Shown: in pieces, positions 1-9,252 of the stretch
Position numbering within the stretch: the first letter of the stretch is position 1
How the letters are laid out: each line of letters begins with the position of its first letter
Source of the DNA: Clostridiales bacterium
Lineage (GTDB): Bacteria > Bacillota > Clostridia > Lachnospirales > Lachnospiraceae
Length of the DNA stretch: 64,000 nucleotides
Assembly: GCA_018374355.1 (NCBI GenBank)
Contig: JAHAFI010000006.1
Location: 19,124-83,123, forward strand
Direction: 5' to 3'
Position numbers and translations under genes: made by a program
The notes under the pieces: model-generated
What the model was told of the DNA's origin: nothing
What the model saw: the letters and a program-made list of their open reading frames with translations, nothing else
The model's database searches: none

Positions 1-1
1 C

Positions 2-334
2 TTCATATACTTTGACATCCTTGATGCGGAAATCCGCACTGAGGTCTATGATTTTTACTTTCGATAAAATTTCTTCATTTACTAAGGAAGCGCACAGCCC
101 CTGCGGGGTTGCCGTGAAGATCACATCCACCTGCTCTGCCAGTTCCTTCATATTGTCATCCATACATTTTGCATCTGTCAGTTGAAAGAAATTCTGATAA
201 ATGGAAGCATAATTCTGATCAATATAGCTTCTGGAGCCGTACCATTTAATTTCTGCCTCTTTATGGGCCAGAAGAATTCTTACCAGTTCTGCTCCGGCAT
301 ATCCTGTTGCGCCGATAATTCCCACTTTCACCAT
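2..334 (-). CDS. argC: N-acetyl-gamma-glutamyl-phosphate reductase (5' part; runs off window start)
   Basis: Manual translation from ATG at 334: MVKVGIIGATGYAGAELVRILLAHKEAEIKWYGSRSY..., the ArgC Rossmann N-terminus; AAAGGAGAG RBS; divergent from argG. Confidence 0.93.
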   Translation of the reverse strand, partial: MVKVGIIGATGYAGAELVRILLAHKEAEIKWYGSRSYIDQNYASIYQNFFQLTDAKCMDDNMKELAEQVDVIFTATPQGLCASLVNEEILSKVKIIDLSADFRIKDVKVYE

Positions 335-441
335 GATTATTCTCTCCTTTCGGGTATTTTCCCCATACATTGCTTTTCTATTTTAATCTTTTCAACTATC
401 AAAGTAAAGTGTTAAACCCTATTCTTTTTTCATTTTTTTGA

Positions 442-479
442 TTTGCATAATTATACATCTTAATCGCATATTATGCAAG
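442..479. promoter_or_regulatory. Tandem ARG boxes (ArgR operator), argC-proximal
   Basis: TGCATAATTATACA (444-457) and CGCATATTATGCAA (465-478), starts 21 bp apart as in paired ARG boxes, between arg genes. Confidence 0.7.
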
Positions 480-552
480 CTTTTTATTTCTATAATTTAT
501 TTGACATTTTTTATATTTCCTATTGATTTTTTTCTGTATATGATGTATATTA

Positions 553-591
553 ACCCATATATTATTCATGAAATACACATAAATATTCATT
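553..591. promoter_or_regulatory. Tandem ARG boxes, argG-proximal
   Basis: CCATATATTATTCA (555-568) and CACATAAATATTCA (576-589), 21-bp period, just upstream of the argG RBS. Confidence 0.65.
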
Positions 592-614
592 TTAATATCA
601 GGAGGCTATTTATT

Positions 615-1844
615 ATGAAAGAAAAAGTAGTATTGGCATATTCCGGCGGACTGGATACCACAGCCCTGATTCCATGGCTGAAAGAAAATTTTGACTATGA
701 AGTAATCTGCTGCTGCATCAACTGCGGTCAGGGAGCGGAGCTGGACGGACTGGATGAGCGGGCAAAGCTGTCCGGCGCTTCCAAATTGTATATTGAAGAT
801 ATCATTGACGAGTTCTGCGACGAATACATTGTACCCTGTGTACAGGCGGGAGCCGTTTACGAGCACAAATATCTGCTGGGAACTTCCATGGCCCGTCCGG
901 GAATCGCAAAACGTCTGGTAGAGATTGCCCGCAAGGAAGGCGCTTCTGCTGTCTGCCACGGCGCAACAGGAAAAGGAAACGACCAGATCCGTTTTGAACT
1001 GGGTATCAAAGCTCTGGCTCCCGATCTGAAAATCATCGCTCCATGGCGTATGACCGACGTATGGACTATGCAGTCCCGGGAAGATGAGATTGAATTCTGT
1101 AAACAGCACGGTATCGATCTTCCTTTTGATATGAGTCACAGCTACAGCCGTGACAGGAACCTGTGGCACATCAGCCATGAAGGTCTGGAACTGGAAGACC
1201 CGGCAAATGCTCCGAATTATGACGATCTGCTGGTTCTGGGTGTTACTCCGGAAAATGCTCCGGATGCAGGCGAATATGTAACCATGACTTTCGAAGCGGG
1301 AGTTCCGAAAACCCTGAACGGAAAAGAGATGAAGGTATCTGAGATCATCACAGAGCTGAATGCCCTTGGCGGAAAACACGGTATCGGCATCATCGACATC
1401 GTGGAAAACCGTGTCGTTGGTATGAAATCCCGCGGCGTGTATGAAACTCCGGGAGGAACCATTCTGATGGAAGCTCATGACCAGTTGGAAGAACTGATTC
1501 TTGACCGCGATACCATGGAAACCAAGAAAAAACTGGGCAGCCAGTTTGCACAGATCGTATACGAAGGAAAATGGTTCACACCTCTTCGTGAGGCGATTCA
1601 GGCTTTCGTGGAATCTACTCAGCAGTATGTGACGGGAGAAGTAAAATTTAAACTGTACAAGGGCAATATCATCAAAGCAGGAACCACCTCTCCTTACAGC
1701 CTGTATAACGAATCTCTTGCATCCTTTACTACCGGTGATCTGTATGACCACAACGATGCCAGCGGATTTATCACCCTCTTCGGACTTCCTTTGAAGGTTC
1801 GTGCGATGAAAATGGCTGAGTTGGAAAAAAACAATAATAAATAA
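615..1844 (+). CDS. argG: Argininosuccinate synthase
   Basis: KVVLAYSGGLDT, HGATGKGNDQ, SRGVYETPG motifs; start moved to ATG 615 after GGAGG. Confidence 0.97.
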   Translation: MKEKVVLAYSGGLDTTALIPWLKENFDYEVICCCINCGQGAELDGLDERAKLSGASKLYIEDIIDEFCDEYIVPCVQAGAVYEHKYLLGTSMARPGIAKRLVEIARKEGASAVCHGATGKGNDQIRFELGIKALAPDLKIIAPWRMTDVWTMQSREDEIEFCKQHGIDLPFDMSHSYSRDRNLWHISHEGLELEDPANAPNYDDLLVLGVTPENAPDAGEYVTMTFEAGVPKTLNGKEMKVSEIITELNALGGKHGIGIIDIVENRVVGMKSRGVYETPGGTILMEAHDQLEELILDRDTMETKKKLGSQFAQIVYEGKWFTPLREAIQAFVESTQQYVTGEVKFKLYKGNIIKAGTTSPYSLYNESLASFTTGDLYDHNDASGFITLFGLPLKVRAMKMAELEKNNNK

Positions 1845-1854
1845 GTAAAAACGC

Positions 1855-1893
1855 TGGGATTTCCATGACATTTTGTGGAAATCCCATTTTTTT
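1855..1893 (+). terminator. Intrinsic terminator after argG
   Basis: TGGGATTTCCA/TGGAAATCCCA stem followed by a T run. Confidence 0.85.
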
Positions 1894-1905
1894 CATGAAA
1901 TAATA

Positions 1906-1934
1906 TTGTATTTCTTTTTTAACAATTGTATAAT
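1906..1934 (+). promoter_or_regulatory. Putative sigma-A promoter of the amidase gene
   Basis: TTGTAT-17-TATAAT. Confidence 0.55.
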
Positions 1935-2024
1935 AACTCCAGTTAAATAACTAAATACCACCGTGTAAACAGTCATTGGCTTTTCACACGGTCTGAAACA
2001 ACAAAAAATAACAAGAGGTGAAGT

Positions 2025-4331
2025 ATGAAACGAAAATACAACAGAATATGGTCGCTGGTTCTGGCAGGTGTCCTCACATTTTCAGGAGCCGTACCTGCCG
2101 CCGCTGCTGAAGGACAGCCGGACAATCTTCCGGTTTCCCAACAGCAGGTGCAGGAAGAGACTTCTTCTGAGCAGCAGACGCCGGAAGAGACTTCTCCTGA
2201 GCGGCAGATGCCGGAGGAGGATTCTGCTCCCGGAGCACTGGGGGCTGGTTTTCTCTATGCGGAACTGTCCCAAGATGAAACCACACAGAATGTAGTTGTA
2301 AAACTGGAAACAGATGAAACTCTGGAATCCGCTGTTCTGTTTTCCGAAACCAGTCAGGGGAAAGAAGAAACTTCTGCTTCCCAGATTATCGGAAACTACG
2401 CAGCCTTCCAGCTTCCCGCTTCTGAAAGCAGAACCTTCACAGGTGTGGAATCCACCATCGGAGAACTTACCTATGAGACAGATCTTGCACCGCTGGAAGA
2501 GGGAACAAAGCTGGATACCGAAGATTTTCAGGATTCCGCTGAATCTGCCGTGGCAGCATACTCTCTGGACAGCGATGCAGAGGAGCAGAAAGCTGCCATT
2601 GCCGGCAGTGTGATTACCACAAATCTGGATGAAGCCGTCAGCGGAGAAGAAATTGCTGATTCCGTGGATGCGGCTGGCTCTTCCGTAAAAACCCGTACCA
2701 CTGCCCAGACCCCTTCCGATGAAAACCGGAAAAAGATCATTGTCCTTGATCCGGGGCATGGAGCGGCTGGTTCCGGTACATACCGTGACTGGGGAGATTT
2801 CATTGTGGATGAGGCAATTATCAACTTTAAGATTTCCAATTACACAAAGGAAGCGCTGGAGACCAATTACTCCAACATTGAAGTTTATCTGACCAAGACA
2901 ACACAAAATGAAAAGCCTGATATTTCTGAGCGGGTGGCCTTTGCGGTGGAGAAAAAAGCGGATATCCTTGTGAGCCAGCACGTGAATGCTACTACTGAAA
3001 CGGTCACCAAAGCCAACGGCGTATTGGCCATGGTACCCAAGCTGGATCCTAATCACAACTATCATGAGGAAACGGTAAAAGAAACCCACGAACTTGCCCG
3101 GTCTATTCTGGACGAGCTTGTCAAACTGGGATTTAACGATATGGATTTCCAGTACCGTCTAGGCAGCAGCAGCTACGAAGATGGTTCTCAGGCCGATTAC
3201 TACGGAATTATCCGGTACTGCCGGATTAACAATCTTCCGGGTACCATCATCGAACACGGTTTTGCAAATAACCGGAACGATGCCCTCAAGCTTACAAACG
3301 AGAACATGCTGAAGCGCATAGGTGAGGCCGATGCGGCAGGAATTGCCCAATACCTGAATCTTTCCTCAGGAACCTCCGATACACCGGAGGAACCAACACC
3401 GCCGCCAACCGTTACACCAACACCGATGCCAACACCGACACCGAAACCTCCCACTGTTTCCAAAAACGAATGGATACTTTCCGGAGGACGCTGGTGGTAC
3501 CGTCATGCAGATGGAAGCTACACAAAATCCAACTGGGAAATGATTAACGGACAATGGTATCTCTTTGATTCCAGCGGCTGGATGCTCACCGGATGGCAGA
3601 TGAAAAACGGAAGCTGGTATTACATGCATAGTTCCGGCGCCATGCTCACCGGATGGCAGTTCATCAACGGTAAATGGTACTACATGAATTCTTCCGGTGC
3701 CATGCTTACCGGATGGCAGTTCATCAACGGTAAATGGTACTACATGAATTCTTCCGGCGCCATGCTTACCGGATGGCAGTTCATCAACGGTAAATGGTAC
3801 TACATGAATTCTTCCGGCGCCATGCTCACCGGATGGCAGTGGATCAACGGTAAATGCTACTATATGGATGCTTCCGGTGCTATGGCCTCCAATACTTGGA
3901 TCGGCACTGATTATGTGGATAGTTCCGGCGCATGGGTTCCGGGAAAAACCCAAGAGGCTTCTGCCAAATGGATTCTCTCCGGAGGACGCTGGTGGTATCG
4001 CCATGGTGATGGCAGCTACACAAAATCCGGCTGGGAAAAGATCAACGGACAGTGGTATCTCTTTGATTCCAGCGGTTGGATGCTCACCGGATGGCAGATG
4101 GTCAATGGAACATGGTATTACATGAACGGTTCCGGTGCCATGCTTACCGGATGGCAGTTCATCAACAACAAATGGTATTACATGAATTCTTCCGGCGCTA
4201 TGCTCACCGGATGGCAGACCATCAATGGAAAAACCTATTATTTGAGTGCTTCCGGCGCAATGGTTACCGGGAAACAAACCATCAGCGGAAAGGTTTACTA
4301 TTTCCAGTCCAGCGGCGCTTTGTCTGCCTAA
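2025..4331 (+). CDS. Secreted N-acetylmuramoyl-L-alanine amidase (Amidase_3) with Pro/Thr linker and C-terminal choline-binding-type cell-wall repeats
   Basis: Signal peptide; IVLDPGHG...E...SQHVNA...IIEHGF Zn-amidase motifs; PTPTP linker; many WYYMNSSGAMLTGW repeats. Confidence 0.9.
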   Translation: MKRKYNRIWSLVLAGVLTFSGAVPAAAAEGQPDNLPVSQQQVQEETSSEQQTPEETSPERQMPEEDSAPGALGAGFLYAELSQDETTQNVVVKLETDETLESAVLFSETSQGKEETSASQIIGNYAAFQLPASESRTFTGVESTIGELTYETDLAPLEEGTKLDTEDFQDSAESAVAAYSLDSDAEEQKAAIAGSVITTNLDEAVSGEEIADSVDAAGSSVKTRTTAQTPSDENRKKIIVLDPGHGAAGSGTYRDWGDFIVDEAIINFKISNYTKEALETNYSNIEVYLTKTTQNEKPDISERVAFAVEKKADILVSQHVNATTETVTKANGVLAMVPKLDPNHNYHEETVKETHELARSILDELVKLGFNDMDFQYRLGSSSYEDGSQADYYGIIRYCRINNLPGTIIEHGFANNRNDALKLTNENMLKRIGEADAAGIAQYLNLSSGTSDTPEEPTPPPTVTPTPMPTPTPKPPTVSKNEWILSGGRWWYRHADGSYTKSNWEMINGQWYLFDSSGWMLTGWQMKNGSWYYMHSSGAMLTGWQFINGKWYYMNSSGAMLTGWQFINGKWYYMNSSGAMLTGWQFINGKWYYMNSSGAMLTGWQWINGKCYYMDASGAMASNTWIGTDYVDSSGAWVPGKTQEASAKWILSGGRWWYRHGDGSYTKSGWEKINGQWYLFDSSGWMLTGWQMVNGTWYYMNGSGAMLTGWQFINNKWYYMNSSGAMLTGWQTINGKTYYLSASGAMVTGKQTISGKVYYFQSSGALSA
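2153..2212 (+). repeat. Two 30-bp tandem repeats (EETSxExQxP) in the amidase N-terminus
   Basis: GGAAGAGACTTCTTCTGAGCAGCAGACGCC / GGAAGAGACTTCTCCTGAGCGGCAGATGCC. Confidence 0.85.
3582..3881 (+). repeat. 60-bp tandem repeats encoding 20-aa cell-wall-binding units
   Basis: Three near-identical units at 3642, 3702 and 3762 plus diverged flanking units; a second block at ~3970-4260. Confidence 0.95.
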
Positions 4332-4346
4332 CTTACATAAATCTTT

Positions 4347-4393
4347 AAAAAGAGGCTGCTCCGACAGATTATTCTGTCGGAACAGCCTCTTTT
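4347..4393. terminator. Bidirectional terminator between amidase and nrdD
   Basis: AAAAAGAGGCTGCTCCGACAGA-TTAT-TCTGTCGGAACAGCCTCTTTT. Confidence 0.9.
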
Positions 4394-4410
4394 CTTACCA
4401 TCCCTTTATT

Positions 4411-4462
4411 GTCTATTTAGGACCCTGTCCATCATAGTCACAAATGTCTTCTGAACAGTTAC
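4411..4462 (-). repeat. GTAAC-family element copy (composite, partly degenerate)
   Basis: CTGAACAGTTAC at 4451-4462; GGACCCTGTCCATCATAGTCAC matches the copy at 61394-61451. Confidence 0.75.
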
Positions 4463-4465
4463 TCT

Positions 4466-6841
4466 TTATTCATTTTCATCCACATATCTCTGAATATTGG
4501 ATGCATTCACATATTTCTTCATCTGTTTCCCCTGCACCACCACCAGCGTGGGAGCCTGCATAATTCCATATTTTGACACCAGCTCAGGGTTCTTCTCCGC
4601 ATCGATGAGCTGATATTCTTCCCCTTCCAGCATTTCCTTTGCAATTTTGCAGTTGGGACAGGTGCTGGTAGTAAACAGGTATTTTACGGAATCGGGACGT
4701 TCGATCCGCACCTCATCTCCACTCATAGTCACTACTGCGGTCTGGGCCTTCTGCGCTGCCGGGGCTTTGGAATTCAGAATGTCGTATACGGTCCGGTTCT
4801 TGTATTCCTGAGATTTTCCGTCATTCCAGTTCTGCACCGGACGGTAATATCCGGTAATCCGGCTGTATACCTCCGATTTTTTTCCGCAGGTCGGGCAGGT
4901 AAAATGTTCTCCCGAAATATAACCGTGCTCCCTACATACCGAATACGTCGGTGACAGGGTGTAATACGGCAGGCGGTAATTTTCCGCGATCTTTCTCACC
5001 AATGTCGCAGCCGCTTTCCAGTCCGGAAGCTTCTCTCCCAGAAAAGCATGAAATACCGTGCCTGAAGTATACAATGTCTGCAGTTCATCCTGAATATCCA
5101 GCGCATCGAAAATATCCGAGGTGTAATCCACAGGAAGATGGGAGCTGTTGGTATAATACGGGGTATCTCCCTCATGTCCTGCAGTAATAATATTCGGCCA
5201 GTGTTTTCTGTCATGTTTTGCCAGACGGTAAGCCGTGGACTCTGCTGGTGTAGCTTCCAGATTATACAGATCGCCGTATTCCTCCTGATAGTCTGAGAGA
5301 CGCTCCCGCATATGGTTCAGCACTTTCCGGGAAAATTCCTGTGTCTTTTCATCAGACATGTCCGCCTGTATCCATCTTGCATTCAGTCCCGCCTCATTCA
5401 TACCCACAAGACCAATGGTGGAAAAATGGCTGTCAAAGTTTCCCAGATACCGTTTCGTGTAAGGATACAGCCCTTCATCCAGCAGCTTGCTGACGATTTC
5501 CCTCTTGATATGAAGAGAACGTGCAGACAAATCCATCATATGATCCAGACGGCGGAAAAATTCCGCTTCATCTCTGGACAGATACGCAATCCGCGGCATA
5601 TTGATAGTCACCACACCTATGGATCCGGTGCTTTCTCCTGAGCCAAAATATCCTCCCGTTTTCTTTCTCAGTTCTCTCAGATCCAGTCTCAGACGGCAGC
5701 ACATACTGCGCACATCGCTGGGCTCCATATCACTGTTGATATAATTTGAAAAATACGGTGTTCCGTATTTGGAAGTCATCTCAAACAGCAGACGGTTATT
5801 TTCCGTATCGGACCAGTCAAAGTCGGAGGTAATGGAATACGTCGGAATGGGATACTGGAAGCCTCTTCCGTTGGCATCCCCCTCAATCATGGTCTCAATA
5901 AAAGCTTTATTGACCATATCCATCTCTTTTTTACAGTCCTTATACTTGAAATCCATCTCTTTTCCGCCTACGATAGCCGGAAGCTCCGCCAAATCCCCCG
6001 GAACCGTCCAATCCAGCGTAATGTTGGAAAACGGCGCCTGCGTACCCCAGCGGCTGGGCGTATTTACTCCATAGATAAAGGATTCAATACATTTTTTCAC
6101 TTCCGGGTAGCTTAACCCGTCTGCCTTTACAAATGGCGCCAGATACGTATCAAAAGAAGAAAAAGCCTGCGCGCCGGCCCACTCGTTCTGCATGATTCCC
6201 AGAAAATTTACCATCTGATTGCACAGCACGCTTAAATGTTTTGCCGGAGCTGAAGTGATCTTCCCTTCTATGCCCCCCAGTCCCTCCTGAATCAGTTGTT
6301 TCAGTGACCAGCCGGCACAGTATCCTGTCAGCATGGAAAGATCGTGAATATGGATATCTGCGTCTCTGTGGGCATTTGCGATCTCTTCATCATAGATTTC
6401 CGACAGCCAGTAATTAGCTGTCACCGCTCCTGAGTTGCTGAGGATCAATCCCCCAACGGAATACGTTACCGTGGAGTTTTCCTTTACCCGCCAGTCCTCT
6501 ACTTTTACATAGCTGTTTACAATCTCCTTGTAATCCAGAATCGTAGATTTCATGTTCCGGACCTTTTCCCTCTGCTTGCGGTACAGAATATACGCTTTCG
6601 CCACCTCTGCGTATCCGCACTGGATCAGAACGTTTTCCACACTGTCCTGAATCCCTTCCACAGACACCAGATCTTCCTCTATTTTATTTTGAAAGTCTGC
6701 TGTAACCCTGAGTCCCAGCATCTCCATCATATCCTGTGTATACTGCTTCCCGTTTGCCACAAAAGCCTTTCTCACCGCTTCTGTGATCTTGTTAATCTGA
6801 AATTCGGCAATTTCGCCGTCTCTTTTTACTACTTTAAACAT
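4466..6841 (-). CDS. nrdD: Anaerobic (class III) ribonucleoside-triphosphate reductase with N-terminal ATP cone and C-terminal glutaredoxin-like domain
   Basis: VVKRDG ATP cone; RSMCCRL finger loop; CxxH...CxxC Zn site; YSRITGYY glycyl-radical motif; C-terminal TCPNC...QAPTLV; ATG 6841 follows AGGAAAGG. Confidence 0.93.
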   Translation of the reverse strand: MFKVVKRDGEIAEFQINKITEAVRKAFVANGKQYTQDMMEMLGLRVTADFQNKIEEDLVSVEGIQDSVENVLIQCGYAEVAKAYILYRKQREKVRNMKSTILDYKEIVNSYVKVEDWRVKENSTVTYSVGGLILSNSGAVTANYWLSEIYDEEIANAHRDADIHIHDLSMLTGYCAGWSLKQLIQEGLGGIEGKITSAPAKHLSVLCNQMVNFLGIMQNEWAGAQAFSSFDTYLAPFVKADGLSYPEVKKCIESFIYGVNTPSRWGTQAPFSNITLDWTVPGDLAELPAIVGGKEMDFKYKDCKKEMDMVNKAFIETMIEGDANGRGFQYPIPTYSITSDFDWSDTENNRLLFEMTSKYGTPYFSNYINSDMEPSDVRSMCCRLRLDLRELRKKTGGYFGSGESTGSIGVVTINMPRIAYLSRDEAEFFRRLDHMMDLSARSLHIKREIVSKLLDEGLYPYTKRYLGNFDSHFSTIGLVGMNEAGLNARWIQADMSDEKTQEFSRKVLNHMRERLSDYQEEYGDLYNLEATPAESTAYRLAKHDRKHWPNIITAGHEGDTPYYTNSSHLPVDYTSDIFDALDIQDELQTLYTSGTVFHAFLGEKLPDWKAAATLVRKIAENYRLPYYTLSPTYSVCREHGYISGEHFTCPTCGKKSEVYSRITGYYRPVQNWNDGKSQEYKNRTVYDILNSKAPAAQKAQTAVVTMSGDEVRIERPDSVKYLFTTSTCPNCKIAKEMLEGEEYQLIDAEKNPELVSKYGIMQAPTLVVVQGKQMKKYVNASNIQRYVDENE

Positions 6842-6878
6842 CTTACCCCACACCTTTCCTGATTCGTCGTGTACCTCT

Positions 6879-6907
6879 ATACTAGCAAACTATTCCTCCC
6901 ATGTCAA
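6879..6907 (-). promoter_or_regulatory. sigma-A promoter of nrdD
   Basis: TTGACA-17-TAGTAT with extended TG. Confidence 0.75.
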
Positions 6908-6914
6908 TCAAAAA

Positions 6915-6960
6915 ACACTATATCTTGTGTTCGTTTACATAACTTCACAAGATATAGTGT
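6915..6960. promoter_or_regulatory. Two NrdR boxes
   Basis: ACACTATATCTTGTGT (6915-6930) and TCACAAGATATAGTGT (6945-6960) match acaCwAtATaTwGtgt, upstream of nrdD. Confidence 0.88.
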
Positions 6961-6967
6961 TTGCCTT

Positions 6968-8203
6968 TTAAACCTGATGATACACCTCCATAGGAACATA
7001 GGCCTTTACGGAAATCCCCTCCGGCTGGTATTCTTCCTGAATCACCTGCCCGTGTTTTCTGATCACCGCAATCAGTCCTGCCTGATCATAGGGATAAATC
7101 CGTTCAATATACACCTGTCCCTCCTGCAGAGTCTGTTCCAGAACCTCCTTCAGTTCCTCCAGCCCTTCCCCTGTTCTGGCCGAAATTTCCAGTACATGAT
7201 CCGCCTGAAAATCCCTGAGCTGTTCCTTGTCGAGACACAGATCCTGCTTATTAAACAGTGTGATCACCTTTTTATCGGATACCCCAAGCTGTCTGAGGGT
7301 ATCATAGACTACATGCATATGCTCCTCTTTCTGAGGATTGGAAGCATCCACCACATGCAGGATAATATCTGCATATTTTGCCTCCTCCAGCGTACTTTTA
7401 AACGCTTCTATCAGATGGTGGGGGAGCTTTCGTATAAATCCGACGGTATCCGTCAGAAGAATCTGCTGTTTTCCCGGCAGATCCAGCACCCTTGTGGTGG
7501 GATCCAGTGTGGCAAATAACTGATCCTCTTCCAGTACATCTGCCCCCGTCAGGATATTCAGCAACGTGGATTTCCCAGCATTGGTATAGCCTACGATGGC
7601 TGCCACCTTTGTTCTGTTTTTCTCCCGCTGCACACGGATCAGATCCCGGTGTCTCTGAACCTCTTCCAGTTGTTCCTTTAACTGTCCGATCCGGTTATGG
7701 ATCAGCCGCCTGTCCATCTCCAGCTTTTTCTCACCCGGTCCTCTGGTACCGATTCCTCCACCCAGACGGGAAAGAGAAGCCCGCATTCCCACCAGACGGG
7801 CCGCACGGTATTTTAACTGGGCCAGCTCTACCTGAATCTTGCCCTCGCTGGTTTTGGCCCTTCCGGCAAAAATATCCAGAATTACCATAGTTCGGTCCAT
7901 CACCTTACACTCCAGCTCCCGCTCCAGATTGTTGAGCTGTGCCGGGGAGAGTTCGTCATCGCAGATCACTCCCGTTGCATCCAGATTATAAATCATTTCT
8001 TTCAGCTCTTCCAGCTTTCCTTTTCCCAAATACGTCCCCGGATGAATGGATTCCCGGCTCTGCATCACACTGCCTACCGAAATAGCGCCCGCTGTTTCTG
8101 CCAGCTCCCTCAACTCCAGCAGAGACTGCGCGGTATCATCTGAATCATACGTCTGAACGCCTGCCAGAATCACCCGTTCCAGTTGTTCTCCCATTTCATA
8201 CAT
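6968..8203 (-). CDS. hflX: GTPase HflX
   Basis: GGGIGTRGPGE, GYTNAGKST, LFATLDPT, DTVGFI. Confidence 0.97.
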   Translation of the reverse strand: MYEMGEQLERVILAGVQTYDSDDTAQSLLELRELAETAGAISVGSVMQSRESIHPGTYLGKGKLEELKEMIYNLDATGVICDDELSPAQLNNLERELECKVMDRTMVILDIFAGRAKTSEGKIQVELAQLKYRAARLVGMRASLSRLGGGIGTRGPGEKKLEMDRRLIHNRIGQLKEQLEEVQRHRDLIRVQREKNRTKVAAIVGYTNAGKSTLLNILTGADVLEEDQLFATLDPTTRVLDLPGKQQILLTDTVGFIRKLPHHLIEAFKSTLEEAKYADIILHVVDASNPQKEEHMHVVYDTLRQLGVSDKKVITLFNKQDLCLDKEQLRDFQADHVLEISARTGEGLEELKEVLEQTLQEGQVYIERIYPYDQAGLIAVIRKHGQVIQEEYQPEGISVKAYVPMEVYHQV

Positions 8204-8217
8204 ATCTCTTCCTCCTG

Positions 8218-9252
8218 CTATCTGGTAGAAAGAAATTCATTTTCTCTCAGTCCCTGTTCATCCTCCGGATACTGCTCCAGATAAACCTTCATTTTTTCTT
8301 TCGCGGTGGCAAAATCCCTTTTATATTCATACGCCACAATCTCATTATAGAGAAGGCTCTGGGTCACTTCCGGATCGTTTTCCGCCAGTCCCAGTTGAAT
8401 ATTCTGAAGCGCACCGTCATAATTTTCTTCATAGATATCGCAGATTGCCAGTCCGTTATAGGCTTTGGCTCCCTTTTCATTTTCCGCCAGATATTCCTGA
8501 TACATGGATCTTGCACTGGAAGGATCATCCATATCCAGATACACGTTGCCCAAAAGAAGCATGGCATCCCCGTATCCCATCTTCATGGAGGAAATCAGCT
8601 CTTTTTTTGCATTTTCATAGTTTTCCTGATAGGCATAGATCCTGCCCCGGTGGTAATAATCCTCTCCGGTTTCCGGCTCCAGTTTTAAAGCCTCCTCCAG
8701 ATAAGCATTTCCATCTGCCGTTTTATTCTCCTCCCGGTATATCTGGTAAATATTGATATACAAATCATAATCCTCGCAGTCTTTCAGGGCTCTGGTAAAG
8801 TCCTTCCCTGCTTTTTCAAAATCCCCCAGAGACACATACGTTTTTCCTCTCAGGAAAAATGCCTGCGGATCCTCCTTCATTTTCAGGATATCACTGTAGA
8901 TCTCAATCGCCTTCTCAGTTTCGCCGTAAGCCAGCCGGGCCTGCGCAAGATAATACATAACGTCCTTTTCAAAGGTCTCATCCGGCGAATCCATAGCATT
9001 CAGGCTTCTGGAAAATGCAGCGATGGCCTCAGGGTAAGAGCCCTTGGACAGCCATGCAATCCCGTATGCCCGGTAAGCTTCCGGCAGACGCTGTTTCTGC
9101 GCAATCACCTTCTCAAACTCCTGAATTGCGGCATCGTATTCCTTTTTTTCCAAAGCCTCCATACCGGCTCCGTAATCCCGGTCTGCTTTCTGTTCCCCGC
9201 AGCCCGCGATCATCAGAACCATACACCCTAAAACCATCAAAATCTTTTTCAT
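8218..9252 (-). CDS. TPR-repeat lipoprotein
   Basis: Lipobox (IAGC) and repeated TPR-like helical pattern. Confidence 0.8.
   Translation of the reverse strand: MKKILMVLGCMVLMIAGCGEQKADRDYGAGMEALEKKEYDAAIQEFEKVIAQKQRLPEAYRAYGIAWLSKGSYPEAIAAFSRSLNAMDSPDETFEKDVMYYLAQARLAYGETEKAIEIYSDILKMKEDPQAFFLRGKTYVSLGDFEKAGKDFTRALKDCEDYDLYINIYQIYREENKTADGNAYLEEALKLEPETGEDYYHRGRIYAYQENYENAKKELISSMKMGYGDAMLLLGNVYLDMDDPSSARSMYQEYLAENEKGAKAYNGLAICDIYEENYDGALQNIQLGLAENDPEVTQSLLYNEIVAYEYKRDFATAKEKMKVYLEQYPEDEQGLRENEFLSTR

Noticed and set aside
606..1871. Long antisense ORFs over argG (likewise over glmM, groEL 40343-41611, U32, dnaK 62947-63990 and others)
   Set aside because: Shadow frames of conserved, codon-biased genes; no RBS or recognisable motifs
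1960..1991. Hairpin in amidase 5' UTR as a riboswitch
   Set aside because: Single stem, no aptamer consensus or expression platform; more likely a stabilising hairpin
3582..3881. Regular 60-bp periodicity resembling a CRISPR array
   Set aside because: No unique spacers; in-frame protein repeats; no cas genes
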